In this document: piece by piece, positions 48,289 through 58,124 of the stretch | Layout of the letters: the number at the start of each line of letters is the position of its first letter | Position numbering within the stretch: position 1 is the stretch's first letter | From: Flavobacteriales bacterium | GTDB lineage: Bacteria > Bacteroidota > Bacteroidia > Palsa-965 | Assembly: GCA_040377305.1 (NCBI GenBank) | Contig: JBEIPA010000005.1 | Coordinates: forward strand, 160,001 to 224,000 | Direction: 5' to 3' | Length of the DNA: 64,000 nucleotides | The notes under the pieces: model-generated | What the model was told of the DNA's origin: nothing | Databases searched by the model: none | The model's input: the letters and a program-made list of their open reading frames with translations, nothing else | Position numbers and translations under genes: made by a program

Positions 48289-48363
48289 CCTGCGGAATTT
48301 GCCATTTATCAAGTCGCAAATGTTCACGCGCAATTTTACGATACCTTCGGGCAAATTCTACCA

Positions 48364-49338
48364 ATGAAAAATCGTGTTTTCAAAATAGCTACAGCTATGG
48401 TTGTTGCCATCGCCGGACTTTCCTTTGCAGCGAATTACAGTTTCAGCAAAGACAATCCGCGTGAAGTAAAACCGTTCATGCCCGAAATTGTAAAACAGTT
48501 TCCGGATGTGCGCGATATTGCTCTTTCTCCAAACGGCGGCGAAGCGTATTTCACCATTCAGAGTTACGCGAATGAAATTTCTGCAATCGTGTTTGTAACG
48601 CTGGAAGATGGAACGTATTCTAAACCGAAAGTTGCATCTTTCTCCGGAAGATACGGTGACATGGAGCCCTGCTTTTCCGCTGACGGACTGAAACTCTATT
48701 TTGTTTCGAATCGCCCGAACACCATGCAGGAAACTACAGAAAGCAATTACGACATCTGGTATGTTGAGCGAAAGAGCATCAACGAAGCGTGGGGCGCGCC
48801 AGTGAACATGGGCTTTCCGGTGAATACAGGTGACAACGAATTCTATCCGAATGTTGCGAAATCAGGGAATCTGTATTTCACCTGTGATGGACGAGGCTCA
48901 AAAGGCAAGGATGATATCTTCATGTGTGAATTCCGTAACGGAAAATATCTGGAGCGTGAATCGTTGAGCGACTCAATTAATTCGGAAGGCATGGAATTCA
49001 ACGCCTTTGTTGCTCCCGACGAATCGTATTTGATTTACACGTGTTACAACAAGAAAGGCGATTTCGGCAGCGGCGATTTGTATATCAGTCGCAAAGAAAA
49101 AGGAGTTTGGAAAAAAGGAATGAATCTTGGTTCCGATTTCAACACAAACAAAATGGAGTACTGTCCGTTCGTGGATACGAAAAACGGTGTGTTGTATTTC
49201 ACGAGCAGAAGAAACAAAGTGAATACCAACTTCGACAGCGAACAAACACTCGAAGAGCTACTCGGAGAAATGAATCGCTATGAAAACGGGCAAAGTCGAT
49301 TGTATCAGATCGAAGATCGCGGCCTGAGTGTGAAGTAA
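48364..49338 (+). CDS. PD40/TolB-like beta-propeller secreted protein
   Basis: LSPNGGEAYF, FSADGLKLYFVSNR, VAPDESYLIY. Confidence 0.85.
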   Translation: MKNRVFKIATAMVVAIAGLSFAANYSFSKDNPREVKPFMPEIVKQFPDVRDIALSPNGGEAYFTIQSYANEISAIVFVTLEDGTYSKPKVASFSGRYGDMEPCFSADGLKLYFVSNRPNTMQETTESNYDIWYVERKSINEAWGAPVNMGFPVNTGDNEFYPNVAKSGNLYFTCDGRGSKGKDDIFMCEFRNGKYLERESLSDSINSEGMEFNAFVAPDESYLIYTCYNKKGDFGSGDLYISRKEKGVWKKGMNLGSDFNTNKMEYCPFVDTKNGVLYFTSRRNKVNTNFDSEQTLEELLGEMNRYENGQSRLYQIEDRGLSVK

Positions 49339-49378
49339 TCGCTTGGATTCCGAAACATTCCCTTGGGCGATTTGTTTT

Positions 49379-49423
49379 TGATGACTGATAGGTGATCAGC
49401 AATCAACTATCAGTCATCAGCTA
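49379..49423. repeat. Inverted array of degenerate heptamers (TGATGAC / ATCAGTC)
   Basis: tgatgac-tgatagg-tg followed by atcagca-atcaact-atcagtc-atcagct, abutting the prfC stop. Confidence 0.7.
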
Positions 49424-50998
49424 TTACTCAGCCATAAAGGCAAACTCAACTTTCGGATGCGCTTCCTTCGTCATGCGTAAATTCCATTCGCTGTCGGGCA
49501 TGAACACCGGACGATTGTCTTTGTCGTACGCGATGCTGCGGCTCTTCTGCACCATGAAATTATCGAGTGCTTGCTTGTCTTCCGAAGTAAACCAGCACGC
49601 CTTGTAGTAATCGAGATGCTGGAACGCGGCTGATGCGCCATATTCATGCAGCAAACGGAACTGAATTACTTCGAACTGAAGTTCACCAACCGTTCCGATG
49701 ATCTTAATGTTTCCCGGCTGACGAGTGAACAACTGCGCCACGCCTTCATCCGTAAGCTGATTCAGACCTTTCTCAAGCTGCTTCGTTTTCAAAGGATCTT
49801 TATTGATAATCTCTTTGAAAATTTCGGGAGAGAAACGCGGAATTCCTTCGAAGGTTAGCATCTCGCCCTCTGTCATTGTATCGCCGATCTTGAAGTTGCC
49901 GGTGTCGTGAAATCCAACAACATCTCCAGGCCACGCTTCTTCCACAATGCTCTTGTCGTTGGCCATGAAACCAACAGGACTCGAGAAGCGAAGTTTTTTA
50001 TCGATGCGCGTATGATAGTAAAATTTGTTGCGTTCAAATTTTCCGGATACAATTCTGCAAAACGCAATCCGGTCGCGGTGATTCGGATCGAGGTTGGCGT
50101 GAATCTTGAAAATAAATCCGGTGAAATTTTTCTCATCTGGTTTTACTTCACGCTGCGTAGTGACACGCGCCATTGGAGGCGGCGCAATACGAATGAACGT
50201 ATCCAGCAATTCCTTCACACCGAAATTATTGATCGCACTTCCGAAAAACACCGGTGCGAGATAACCTTCGCGGTATAATTCCTGATCGAAAGGTTCATAC
50301 ACGCCTTCGATGAGCTCAACGTCTTCACGTAGTTTGTTCGCAGCATCTTCGCCGATGCGCTCATCCAGTTCGCTGCTCTTGATGTCTGAAATTGCGTAAA
50401 CGTCGTCGGAGATTTTCTGTTTCCCAGGTGAGAAAAGCTGAAGTTTCTTATCGTACAAATTGAAAACTCCTTTGAACGTCTGACCTACGCCAATGGGCCA
50501 TGCAAGCGGACGTGTACTGATGCTAAGCTCTTTCGAAACTTCCTCGAGGAGATCATACGGATCTTGTCCTTCACGATCCATCTTGTTGATGAAGATGATT
50601 ACTGGTGTGTGACGCATACGACAAACTTCCATGAGCTTGCGCGTTTGCTCTTCGACACCTTTTACGCAATCGATCACAAGAATTACACTGTCGACCGCAG
50701 TCAATGTGCGATAGGTATCTTCCGCGAAGTCTTTGTGACCCGGTGTATCGAGAATGTTGATTTTGCATCCACCGTAATCGAATGCCATTACGGAAGTTGC
50801 TACAGAAATTCCACGCTGCTTCTCAATCTCCATAAAATCGGAAGTTGCTGTCTTGCGGATTTTGTTGCTCTTTACAGCGCCTGCAGTTTGAATTGCACCG
50901 CCAAAAAGGAGCAGCTTTTCTGTCAACGTAGTTTTGCCGGCATCGGGGTGAGAGATGATTCCGAATGTGCGGCGTTTACTAATTTCCTCTGTTTTCAT
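49424..50998 (-). CDS. prfC: Peptide chain release factor 3
   Basis: [47 protein letters not shown]. Start moved to ATG 50998. Confidence 0.98.
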   Translation of the reverse strand: MKTEEISKRRTFGIISHPDAGKTTLTEKLLLFGGAIQTAGAVKSNKIRKTATSDFMEIEKQRGISVATSVMAFDYGGCKINILDTPGHKDFAEDTYRTLTAVDSVILVIDCVKGVEEQTRKLMEVCRMRHTPVIIFINKMDREGQDPYDLLEEVSKELSISTRPLAWPIGVGQTFKGVFNLYDKKLQLFSPGKQKISDDVYAISDIKSSELDERIGEDAANKLREDVELIEGVYEPFDQELYREGYLAPVFFGSAINNFGVKELLDTFIRIAPPPMARVTTQREVKPDEKNFTGFIFKIHANLDPNHRDRIAFCRIVSGKFERNKFYYHTRIDKKLRFSSPVGFMANDKSIVEEAWPGDVVGFHDTGNFKIGDTMTEGEMLTFEGIPRFSPEIFKEIINKDPLKTKQLEKGLNQLTDEGVAQLFTRQPGNIKIIGTVGELQFEVIQFRLLHEYGASAAFQHLDYYKACWFTSEDKQALDNFMVQKSRSIAYDKDNRPVFMPDSEWNLRMTKEAHPKVEFAFMAE

Positions 50999-51269
50999 AT
51001 ATAAATAATGCGCCCCGAAAGGCAATGATTAATCCGTGAAAGTTTTTGAAGTTGGGATTTCGATCCCGAACATAAGAAGGACGCTACAGACGCTAGAGAG
51101 GCGTTGCAATGTTATGAACCCGTTGACCTGGATCTGGAGTAGTGTGGAGATGTTTGGACATTTCGGGCACGAAGATAGGAAATAGACGGAATCCGACAGA
51201 AGACAACAGGAGTGAAATTGAGTATAAATAGGCCGTTTTCAAAGGGCAGGAGAATTGCAAGGATGTGTT

Positions 51270-51656
51270 ATGGATCTACTCACTCAGGTTGCGCTATTGT
51301 TCATCCTTGCGATGCCAGTTGCATGTGTTAGCTGGACGGTGACGCATGAAGAAGTATTTCGCGAGCCCCGGATGTTCTTCGTCGAGAAGAGCAGAAGGGG
51401 TAAAACCTTTTTCATTCGCAAATTTTGTTACCTGTTCACCTGCGAATATTGCTTCAGCCATTGGGTTGTACTGGGTGCACTGTTCATCACGAACTATCAG
51501 CTTGTGTATGATGATTGGCGTGGTTACCTCGTCGGAGGATTTTCTCTGGTGTGGATTGCGAATCTTTACATGACTATTTACAGCAGGATACGCATCAATA
51601 TCAAGAAAGATAAAACGGAGATTGCGTTGGAAGAAGAGTTGCTTGGGAAGAAATAA
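51270..51656 (+). CDS. DUF1360-like membrane protein
   Basis: HEEVFREPR, YLFTCEYCFSHWV (CxxC). Confidence 0.7.
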   Translation: MDLLTQVALLFILAMPVACVSWTVTHEEVFREPRMFFVEKSRRGKTFFIRKFCYLFTCEYCFSHWVVLGALFITNYQLVYDDWRGYLVGGFSLVWIANLYMTIYSRIRINIKKDKTEIALEEELLGKK

Positions 51657-51667
51657 CGCGCAATGTA

Positions 51668-52387
51668 TTAATCAGATAATTTCGGGTTTAGAGCAAAAGC
51701 AACAACTTTCGCCTTCTTACTATCATATCTAAACAAATACTGTTCGTCTGTTTGATTTCTTCGTGCGAGCAAGAGTACTTCAAACACAAATCCACCACCG
51801 TCCAAATTACCATTTCTGAATCCCAGAAGATCTACTCCTTGGATAGAACCATCACTTGCCGACCAAGCTATTCCGACACTATCCAAGGTGTTCAATAGCG
51901 ATGCTGAGATTGTTGTATCAAATACAGTTGCGTTTCCTACAAATCCCGCCGAATCATTGCTCGGATCAATCAGTCCTGCAAAATATTTCCGCAGGGAGTC
52001 TGCGATTCTTAAATCTTCGCGCGTATATGAGAACGAATTGGAAGAATTAGAATTAACGAATGAATTTCCCTCACGTTCAGTAAGTTTCACGGTAATTACT
52101 GGAATATCAGCCAAGGCAGTGTCTCCACCATGCTCGAAATAAAGTACTGCCGCCCTCGAATATATTACCCACGCCGGATACAACTTCGTAATTGAATCAA
52201 TATTAATTATTTCAATCTCAATAGTTGTACTGGTTTCCCCTCCGATTACCTTCTCTGACTTATAGGTAATATGAGCCTCCTCAGCTCGCATTCCTTCAGC
52301 CAAATAATCAACAGATCCCGAGCCTCCCGACTCTGCGCAAGATGATACAATCAATGCACCTACAATAAAATAATTCAACAGTTTCAT
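51668..52387 (-). CDS. Hypothetical lipoprotein
   Basis: Lipobox VSSC; looks more AT-rich than its neighbours by eye. Confidence 0.7.
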   Translation of the reverse strand: MKLLNYFIVGALIVSSCAESGGSGSVDYLAEGMRAEEAHITYKSEKVIGGETSTTIEIEIINIDSITKLYPAWVIYSRAAVLYFEHGGDTALADIPVITVKLTEREGNSFVNSNSSNSFSYTREDLRIADSLRKYFAGLIDPSNDSAGFVGNATVFDTTISASLLNTLDSVGIAWSASDGSIQGVDLLGFRNGNLDGGGFVFEVLLLARRNQTDEQYLFRYDSKKAKVVAFALNPKLSD

Positions 52388-52434
52388 TTCGTGAAAATAA
52401 GAAACATCCCGAATGGTTTACATACATTTAAGCA

Positions 52435-52839
52435 ATGAATGACCAACAGCCAGTGCATCCTCCATCTGAAAACTGGCAGGAAACACATTACATACGTATC
52501 CGGATTACTGACGGTATCCTGCATTGCATATTCACGAATAGTCCGAACATGACACTTGAAATTGCGAAGCATTGTGTCCAACAACGACTCGCAGCTTCCG
52601 CGGGTAAAAGCTATCCGTGTATGGTTGATATACGCGATATGAAAACCGCGACAACTGAAGCCCGTGAATATTTTGCCAATGAAGGTTCCAAAGGAGTAAC
52701 TGGCGGTGCTTTGATCATCGGTTCTCAGGTTACCAAAATGCTTGCGAATCTCTTCTTGCTTGTCAACCGTCCGAAAATTCCAACACGTATGTTCACAGAT
52801 GAAAATGCGGCGAGAGAATGGCTGAAGAAGTTTCTCTAG
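52435..52839 (+). CDS. STAS/SpoIIAA-like small protein
   Basis: DGILH, EAREYFA, P.IPTRMFTDENAAREWL. Confidence 0.7.
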   Translation: MNDQQPVHPPSENWQETHYIRIRITDGILHCIFTNSPNMTLEIAKHCVQQRLAASAGKSYPCMVDIRDMKTATTEAREYFANEGSKGVTGGALIIGSQVTKMLANLFLLVNRPKIPTRMFTDENAAREWLKKFL

Positions 52840-52857
52840 TTGCTGCACGATTTACGA

Positions 52858-53340
52858 ATGAAAGCAACATCGAACAAACAACTCATCTCCGATTTCTACA
52901 CCGCATTTTCCAAAAGCGACGCAGAAACAATGTCCCGTTCCTACACCGATGATGTGATCTTTCACGATCCTGCATTCGGAGAAATACATGGAGAAGACGC
53001 CCGCAACATGTGGCGCATGCTCATTGAACGCAGCAAAGGACAATTAAAGATTTCGTTCAGTGATATTCATGCCGACGAAATATCGGGAAGCGCACATTGG
53101 ATTGCGGAATATAAATTCGCGCAAACAAATCGGAATGTTGTGAATCGGATCCATGCGTCATTCGAATTCCGTGATGGCAAGATTTCACGCCACACCGATG
53201 TTTTCAGCATGTGGAAATGGTCGCGACAAGCATTGGGATTGAAAGGTTGGTTGCTGGGATGGAGTCCGTTGGTGAAGAATGCGGTGAGGAAGCAGACGAA
53301 ATCCTTGTTACGGAAATTCACTAGTCAAAGAGCGCAATGA
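52858..53340 (+). CDS. NTF2/SnoaL-like protein
   Basis: FYTAF, FHDPAFG, MWRML, FRDGKI..HTD.F. Confidence 0.9.
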   Translation: MKATSNKQLISDFYTAFSKSDAETMSRSYTDDVIFHDPAFGEIHGEDARNMWRMLIERSKGQLKISFSDIHADEISGSAHWIAEYKFAQTNRNVVNRIHASFEFRDGKISRHTDVFSMWKWSRQALGLKGWLLGWSPLVKNAVRKQTKSLLRKFTSQRAQ

Positions 53341-53747
53341 AGTTCAGACGAAATCTATTCTTTCCGATTCGGCTTATACTCTACCCTATTTTGTTACAGA
53401 TCATTTTGGTCGTGAACAACACTTTTACCTCAGAAATATTTTGGGCGCTGTACTCACTATGCAGCCTATTGTTACTCATTGAAGCTGTTTGGGAATTTGT
53501 GGTTCCTTATGCAATCTTCGATGGAACCGTTTTCCAGATAAATTCCTACATATTCTCTAAAAAGGAAATTGATTTATCAAAATTCACAGCTGATCAAATC
53601 AAAATAGGACGCTGGGACATCGAAATTGGTCCGCACTTCATCAATCTTCGGAAAGTACGTACAGGATACCGCGAAAGACTGGAAGAGGCAGTCCGGTACT
53701 ATTACGAAGGACCACCCGATTCTGAACATCACACGGAGTTAGTATGA
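53337..53747 (+). CDS. Hypothetical membrane protein
   Basis: ATGA overlap with the upstream gene; two transmembrane helices. Confidence 0.55.
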   Translation: MKFRRNLFFPIRLILYPILLQIILVVNNTFTSEIFWALYSLCSLLLLIEAVWEFVVPYAIFDGTVFQINSYIFSKKEIDLSKFTADQIKIGRWDIEIGPHFINLRKVRTGYRERLEEAVRYYYEGPPDSEHHTELV

Positions 53748-53794
53748 TTTCATAACCGCAATTTCCCTAAATTGCCTTGGCAATAACCCTAACT

Positions 53795-55387
53795 ATGAAA
53801 TCACTTTTCCTCCTTCTGGCAACCGCATGGTGCCTAACTGCTTCTGCCACATCCATGACCGTTTCCGGTTTCATCACTTCCAATCAAACCTGGAGTGTGG
53901 ATACTGTGAAAGTCACCGGCGACACGTACGTTAACTCGGGATTCAAAGTCATCATTGCGCCCGGTACACGCATTGAGTTTCAAGGTTTCTGGAAACTCGA
54001 GGTCTACGGTTCTATGGAAGCAATCGGAAACGTAACCGATACAATTGTGTTCTCGTATTTCGACACGACCGGATTCAAAAATGATTTTCAGCTGGGTGCG
54101 TGGCGCGGATTAATTTTCGATTACAACACCACAGCCAACGATTCCACGATCATGGACTACTGCATTGTAGAATACTGCAAGCGAGGTCCGCAGACAAATA
54201 CGATTGCAACAATCCGAATCGGCAACAACAGTCGTGTTCGCATTTCCCATTGCGAAATCCGAAACAATAATTTCTGGGGTGTAACTGGGGGAATTCTTTG
54301 CCTCGCGGCTTCCCCGCTCCTGCTCGACAATCATCTTCATCACAACATTGGTGCTTACGGTGGTGGAATTCACTGCGCTGCAAATTCAAACGCCCTCATA
54401 CGTGGAAACGTAATTCATCACAACTATGTGGAGTATGCAGCTGGCGGAATTTACGTGCAGCAATCCTCACCCAGAATCATGAACAACTGGATTTGTAATA
54501 ATACCACGCAACAATCGAATTGCGGTCCAGCTGATGGTAGTGGTGGAATCCGATGCACACAGGAGTCGTACCCGTACATCGTGAACAATGTGATTGCAAA
54601 CAACACAACCGGAATGAACGGTGGTGGTGTGCAGTGTATGTATAATTCCAACGCCTGGCTGGAGAACAACACCATTGTGAACAACAATTGCTATTTCTAT
54701 GGTGGCGGAATCTATCTCTTTCAGTCCAATCCCATCATTCGCAACTGCATTGTGTGGGGCAACACACGCTTCAATTTCGCAATTCCTGATCAGGTTGCTT
54801 TGTACACGGATGATTCTGATCCGGCAGTATACAACTGTGATATACAGGGAGGTTCAACCAGCTTTTTCCTCGGCGCACAAGTTACTTTCACAGGAATTTA
54901 TTCCGCGTGCATTGATACGAATCCACTTTTCGTTGCACCATCTGCAGGCTCCGGTCCTACTTACGATGGCTTGAATGCCGACTGGACACTGCAATCCATT
55001 TCCGCGTGTGTGAACAGCGCAACAATTGGAGGATGCAATGTTCTATTGCCGACGATTGATCTCTGGGGCAATCCACGTATCTCCGGCTGGAACATCGACA
55101 TCGGTGCTTATGAAGATCCGCAAGCGAGTTCGGTTGTAGAATTTACGGAGCAGCATACGGTGAAATTATTTCCCGTTCCAACCAGTGGTGAATTGAACAT
55201 CTTGCTCCCTGGAAATACAGGTGCTGCGCAAGTCCTTATTTTCTCCGCTGATGGGAAAGTGGTTTTGCAAACACAATTTCAAGGCGATAGACATCTGCTA
55301 GTCACCGAAAGCCTTGCAACGGGTTCTTACATCGTGGAAGTTCGCAGTGAATTAGGTGTGACGCGTTCGCAATTTCTGAAACAATAG
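53795..55387 (+). CDS. Right-handed beta-helix protein with T9SS C-terminal domain
   Basis: Repeated N....GGGI and NN.I.NN motifs; DIGAYE; C-terminal LFPVPT...GSYIV. Confidence 0.85.
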   Translation: MKSLFLLLATAWCLTASATSMTVSGFITSNQTWSVDTVKVTGDTYVNSGFKVIIAPGTRIEFQGFWKLEVYGSMEAIGNVTDTIVFSYFDTTGFKNDFQLGAWRGLIFDYNTTANDSTIMDYCIVEYCKRGPQTNTIATIRIGNNSRVRISHCEIRNNNFWGVTGGILCLAASPLLLDNHLHHNIGAYGGGIHCAANSNALIRGNVIHHNYVEYAAGGIYVQQSSPRIMNNWICNNTTQQSNCGPADGSGGIRCTQESYPYIVNNVIANNTTGMNGGGVQCMYNSNAWLENNTIVNNNCYFYGGGIYLFQSNPIIRNCIVWGNTRFNFAIPDQVALYTDDSDPAVYNCDIQGGSTSFFLGAQVTFTGIYSACIDTNPLFVAPSAGSGPTYDGLNADWTLQSISACVNSATIGGCNVLLPTIDLWGNPRISGWNIDIGAYEDPQASSVVEFTEQHTVKLFPVPTSGELNILLPGNTGAAQVLIFSADGKVVLQTQFQGDRHLLVTESLATGSYIVEVRSELGVTRSQFLKQ

Positions 55388-55414
55388 TTTAGTCCGAAGT
55401 GTATCTTTGCGGCT

Positions 55415-55861
55415 ATGTACCTCGAGGCAATTCCTGAATCTGGTCTTAGCTCCAATCCAATTCTTTCCACACCGGAATGTAAAGAGATATTGGATGTTTA
55501 TAAATCCTACTACCCGAAAATCGGATTTGAAATTCCGTGGATTGGCTATTTCATTATTGACGATGGAATAGCCGTCGGCACGTGCAGCTTTACCGGCAAA
55601 CCTGTGAATAATCAAGTGGAGATTGCTTACTATACTTTTCCGGCTTACGAACGTAAAGGATATGCAACCTGGGCATGCAAACGATTACTGTTGTTGGCCA
55701 AGCAACATAAACCCGATGTAATTGTAACTGCGAAAACTGCGCCAGAAGAAAATCCCTCTACTGCTATTCTCCGTAAGAATGGGTTTAAGCAAGATGGAAT
55801 TGTGCAGGATCATGAAATTGGAGATGCCTGGCATTGGATACTTGATATTGCACTCGGATAA
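55415..55861 (+). CDS. GNAT acetyltransferase (RimJ/RimL-like)
   Basis: VEIAY, ERKGYAT, N.S..IL.KNGF. Confidence 0.9.
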   Translation: MYLEAIPESGLSSNPILSTPECKEILDVYKSYYPKIGFEIPWIGYFIIDDGIAVGTCSFTGKPVNNQVEIAYYTFPAYERKGYATWACKRLLLLAKQHKPDVIVTAKTAPEENPSTAILRKNGFKQDGIVQDHEIGDAWHWILDIALG

Positions 55862-56910
55862 TGAAAACAATTGCCGATTCAGTGTATCACGACCTCGCAG
55901 CTTCCTACTTGAAGGAAGGAAAATACTGCGATGGTTTTCCAGATACTGCACTCTCTATCATTCGAAAAGAAAAACTCTTCAAACTCTTTCTTCCCGAATC
56001 GCTCGGTGGACTTGGTTTCTCTTTGCAGGAAACACTCAACGTCATTCAGCGCTGTGCGTACATCAACGGAACACTCGGTTGGCTCGTACAAATTGGCAAT
56101 GGTGGAAATTACTTCGCTGCGTTTATCGAAGAGAAAGTCACACACGAGTTATTTTCTCCAGCACATGCAGTTCTCGCAGGTAGCGGCGCGATCACAGGTA
56201 TTGCGACTCCGGTCGAAGGTGGATACACAGTTACCGGCAAATGGAAATACGCGAGCGGTTCTGCTTACGCCTCGTTCTTCACCATCAGTGCGAAAGTTGC
56301 AGGTAGCGAGCAAAATATTTCCTGCGTCTTAATGCCCGAACAGGTAAATGTCATCGACGACTGGAAATCTATCGGTATGCGTTTCTCGGCGACCAATACG
56401 TTCACGGCAGAGAATCAATTCGTACCGGACAAGTTTGTCTTTGGTTTGGCGGAACAAAAATGTTTCAAAGACATTCCGATTTTCAGTCTCCCGTTTTTTC
56501 CGTTTGCACAATCATTCTTTTTGAGCGTGCAGTATGGATTGCTGAGTCGAATTTTGCACGAGGCTTCAGTTGCTGTAAAGAAAAACCAGGAGCGCTGGAA
56601 TGATCAACATCCTGAACGTGCGAAGACGATTGCCAATTCAATTTTGTTCGGAATGCAGATGCAGCTCAATTTTGCGAATGAGTTGAAAGATGCAATTGCG
56701 CAAATTGAAATTTCAGCAGGTGAAGTGCGAGATCAACTTATTTCCGACTTAGACGCGAAAGCAAAAACTCAGAACGCTGCGATACTACACCAAGCACAAG
56801 GCATTTTTGGTTTGCTGGGAATGGAAGTTCTTTACGAAGATCATCCCATCAACATTGCATATCGGGATATGATGACGTGCGGACAGCATTCGTTGCTTAA
56901 TTCTTACTGA
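55861..56910 (+). CDS. Acyl-CoA-dehydrogenase-fold flavoprotein (HsaA-like hydroxylase type)
   Basis: LPESLGG, GYTVTGKWKYASGS, DDWKSIGMRFSAT, YRD; TAATG-coupled to the GNAT gene. Confidence 0.8.
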   Translation: MKTIADSVYHDLAASYLKEGKYCDGFPDTALSIIRKEKLFKLFLPESLGGLGFSLQETLNVIQRCAYINGTLGWLVQIGNGGNYFAAFIEEKVTHELFSPAHAVLAGSGAITGIATPVEGGYTVTGKWKYASGSAYASFFTISAKVAGSEQNISCVLMPEQVNVIDDWKSIGMRFSATNTFTAENQFVPDKFVFGLAEQKCFKDIPIFSLPFFPFAQSFFLSVQYGLLSRILHEASVAVKKNQERWNDQHPERAKTIANSILFGMQMQLNFANELKDAIAQIEISAGEVRDQLISDLDAKAKTQNAAILHQAQGIFGLLGMEVLYEDHPINIAYRDMMTCGQHSLLNSY

Positions 56911-56945
56911 GGATTGTGGTGAACGATACTGAGGCCGTTTATCTG

Positions 56946-57015
56946 CCGCAGATTCGCAGATTTCGCAGATCATTTTCCTCTGCGTTGCCTTTGCGCCTCT
57001 GCGCCTTTGCGGTTG
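56946..57015. repeat. Adjacent short-period arrays (CGCAGATT(T) and CTYTGCGC)
   Basis: cgcagatt-cgcagattt-cgcagat followed by ctctgcgttgc-ctttgcgc-ctctgcgc-ctttgcgg. Confidence 0.75.
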
Positions 57016-57113
57016 AATATCCGAAGCCAATTGAAGGAAGATTTTCCCTCATATATTTACGGTTGTTTATTATGGAAAGCGGCTTATACTAGCATCCTAG
57101 AGGAAACAACTTT

Positions 57114-58124
57114 ATGAAGTACCTCTTTTTCGCCCCATTTGCCCTCTTTTTATGCTCATTCTGGATCGAAGACGATCTCAAGTCACCCGAGAGTGTTCCG
57201 AACGTCTCTGTCAATTACATCAAAGAAGACAAAAATCTACAAGCAGGAACGGGAATGGTTGTGTTCACGTTTCAGGGCTACAATGGCATGGTGAAAAACG
57301 ACAGTGTGCGCTTATCCTACAATGGCAAGGAAACCAAAGTTGCGACAACTGCTGATGGCAAAGCGTACCTCGGATTAAAAGCCGGCAAGTATAAGTTTCA
57401 GTTTTACTATAACGCCGCACATTACGAAGTGTACACAGATTCCATTCTTGTTAAAGATCAATGGCAAACGGGCGTCGAAGTGAATTTCGAGAGTGCGCTG
57501 TATCCTGTGGAAGCTGAAAAACCGGTGATCTATTTTTACCCTGAGAAAACCATGGATGTTTCTGTGAAGCTGCAAGTGAACGGAGCACTTGGATTCACCT
57601 ATCCCGCTCCAAATGTTGACAGGGAATTTCAACCCAATGCAGTCGGATGGAATTTCACAGCAGATACAAACGGAACAATTCACTTACGCGGAAAGCAATT
57701 TGATTATTTGTTCTGGGATGCAGAGACGAATATCAACATCGCAAAAGTTGATCAGAATTCGGGTTTCGTTGTGAAGCGTGAAAACCTTTCTACATTCTTC
57801 GAAGAGAAATTAACCACGATGGGATTGAACCCACGTGAGCGTGAGGACTTCATTACCTATTGGGCTCCGCAGATGCAGACGAACGAAACGAGTTTTATTC
57901 ATTTCATGTTCACGGAAGAATACAATCAGATTGCGTCAATCAGCATTCATCCAAAGCCAGATCATTTATTTCGTGTGTTCATGTTGTGGGATGATGCTGC
58001 GAAACTTGACACGGGCAAAGTACACGATCAGAAAATAGAAACGTTTACGCGGGAAGGATTTACTGTGATTGAATGGGGCGGCGCGAAAGTGAATTTTATT
58101 TCAACAAAACAAACTGCGAACTAA
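57114..58124 (+). CDS. Secreted protein with KPVIY-type uncharacterised C-terminal domain
   Basis: Signal peptide; KPVIYFYP, TYP, YLFWD, DFITYW, RVFM, FTVIEWGG. Confidence 0.8.
   Translation: MKYLFFAPFALFLCSFWIEDDLKSPESVPNVSVNYIKEDKNLQAGTGMVVFTFQGYNGMVKNDSVRLSYNGKETKVATTADGKAYLGLKAGKYKFQFYYNAAHYEVYTDSILVKDQWQTGVEVNFESALYPVEAEKPVIYFYPEKTMDVSVKLQVNGALGFTYPAPNVDREFQPNAVGWNFTADTNGTIHLRGKQFDYLFWDAETNINIAKVDQNSGFVVKRENLSTFFEEKLTTMGLNPREREDFITYWAPQMQTNETSFIHFMFTEEYNQIASISIHPKPDHLFRVFMLWDDAAKLDTGKVHDQKIETFTREGFTVIEWGGAKVNFISTKQTAN

Noticed and set aside
51028-51161. prfB-style +1 frameshift fusing the uORF to prfC
   Set aside because: prfC is in the +1 frame of the uORF, but that frame reaches a TAA before the prfC start, so no fusion is possible.
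5320-57100. Shared ECF-sigma-like motif ATGGAA-N13/14-GCRTC upstream of 5286 (-) and 57114 (+)
   Set aside because: Only two instances with unequal spacing, which cannot be distinguished from chance by eye.
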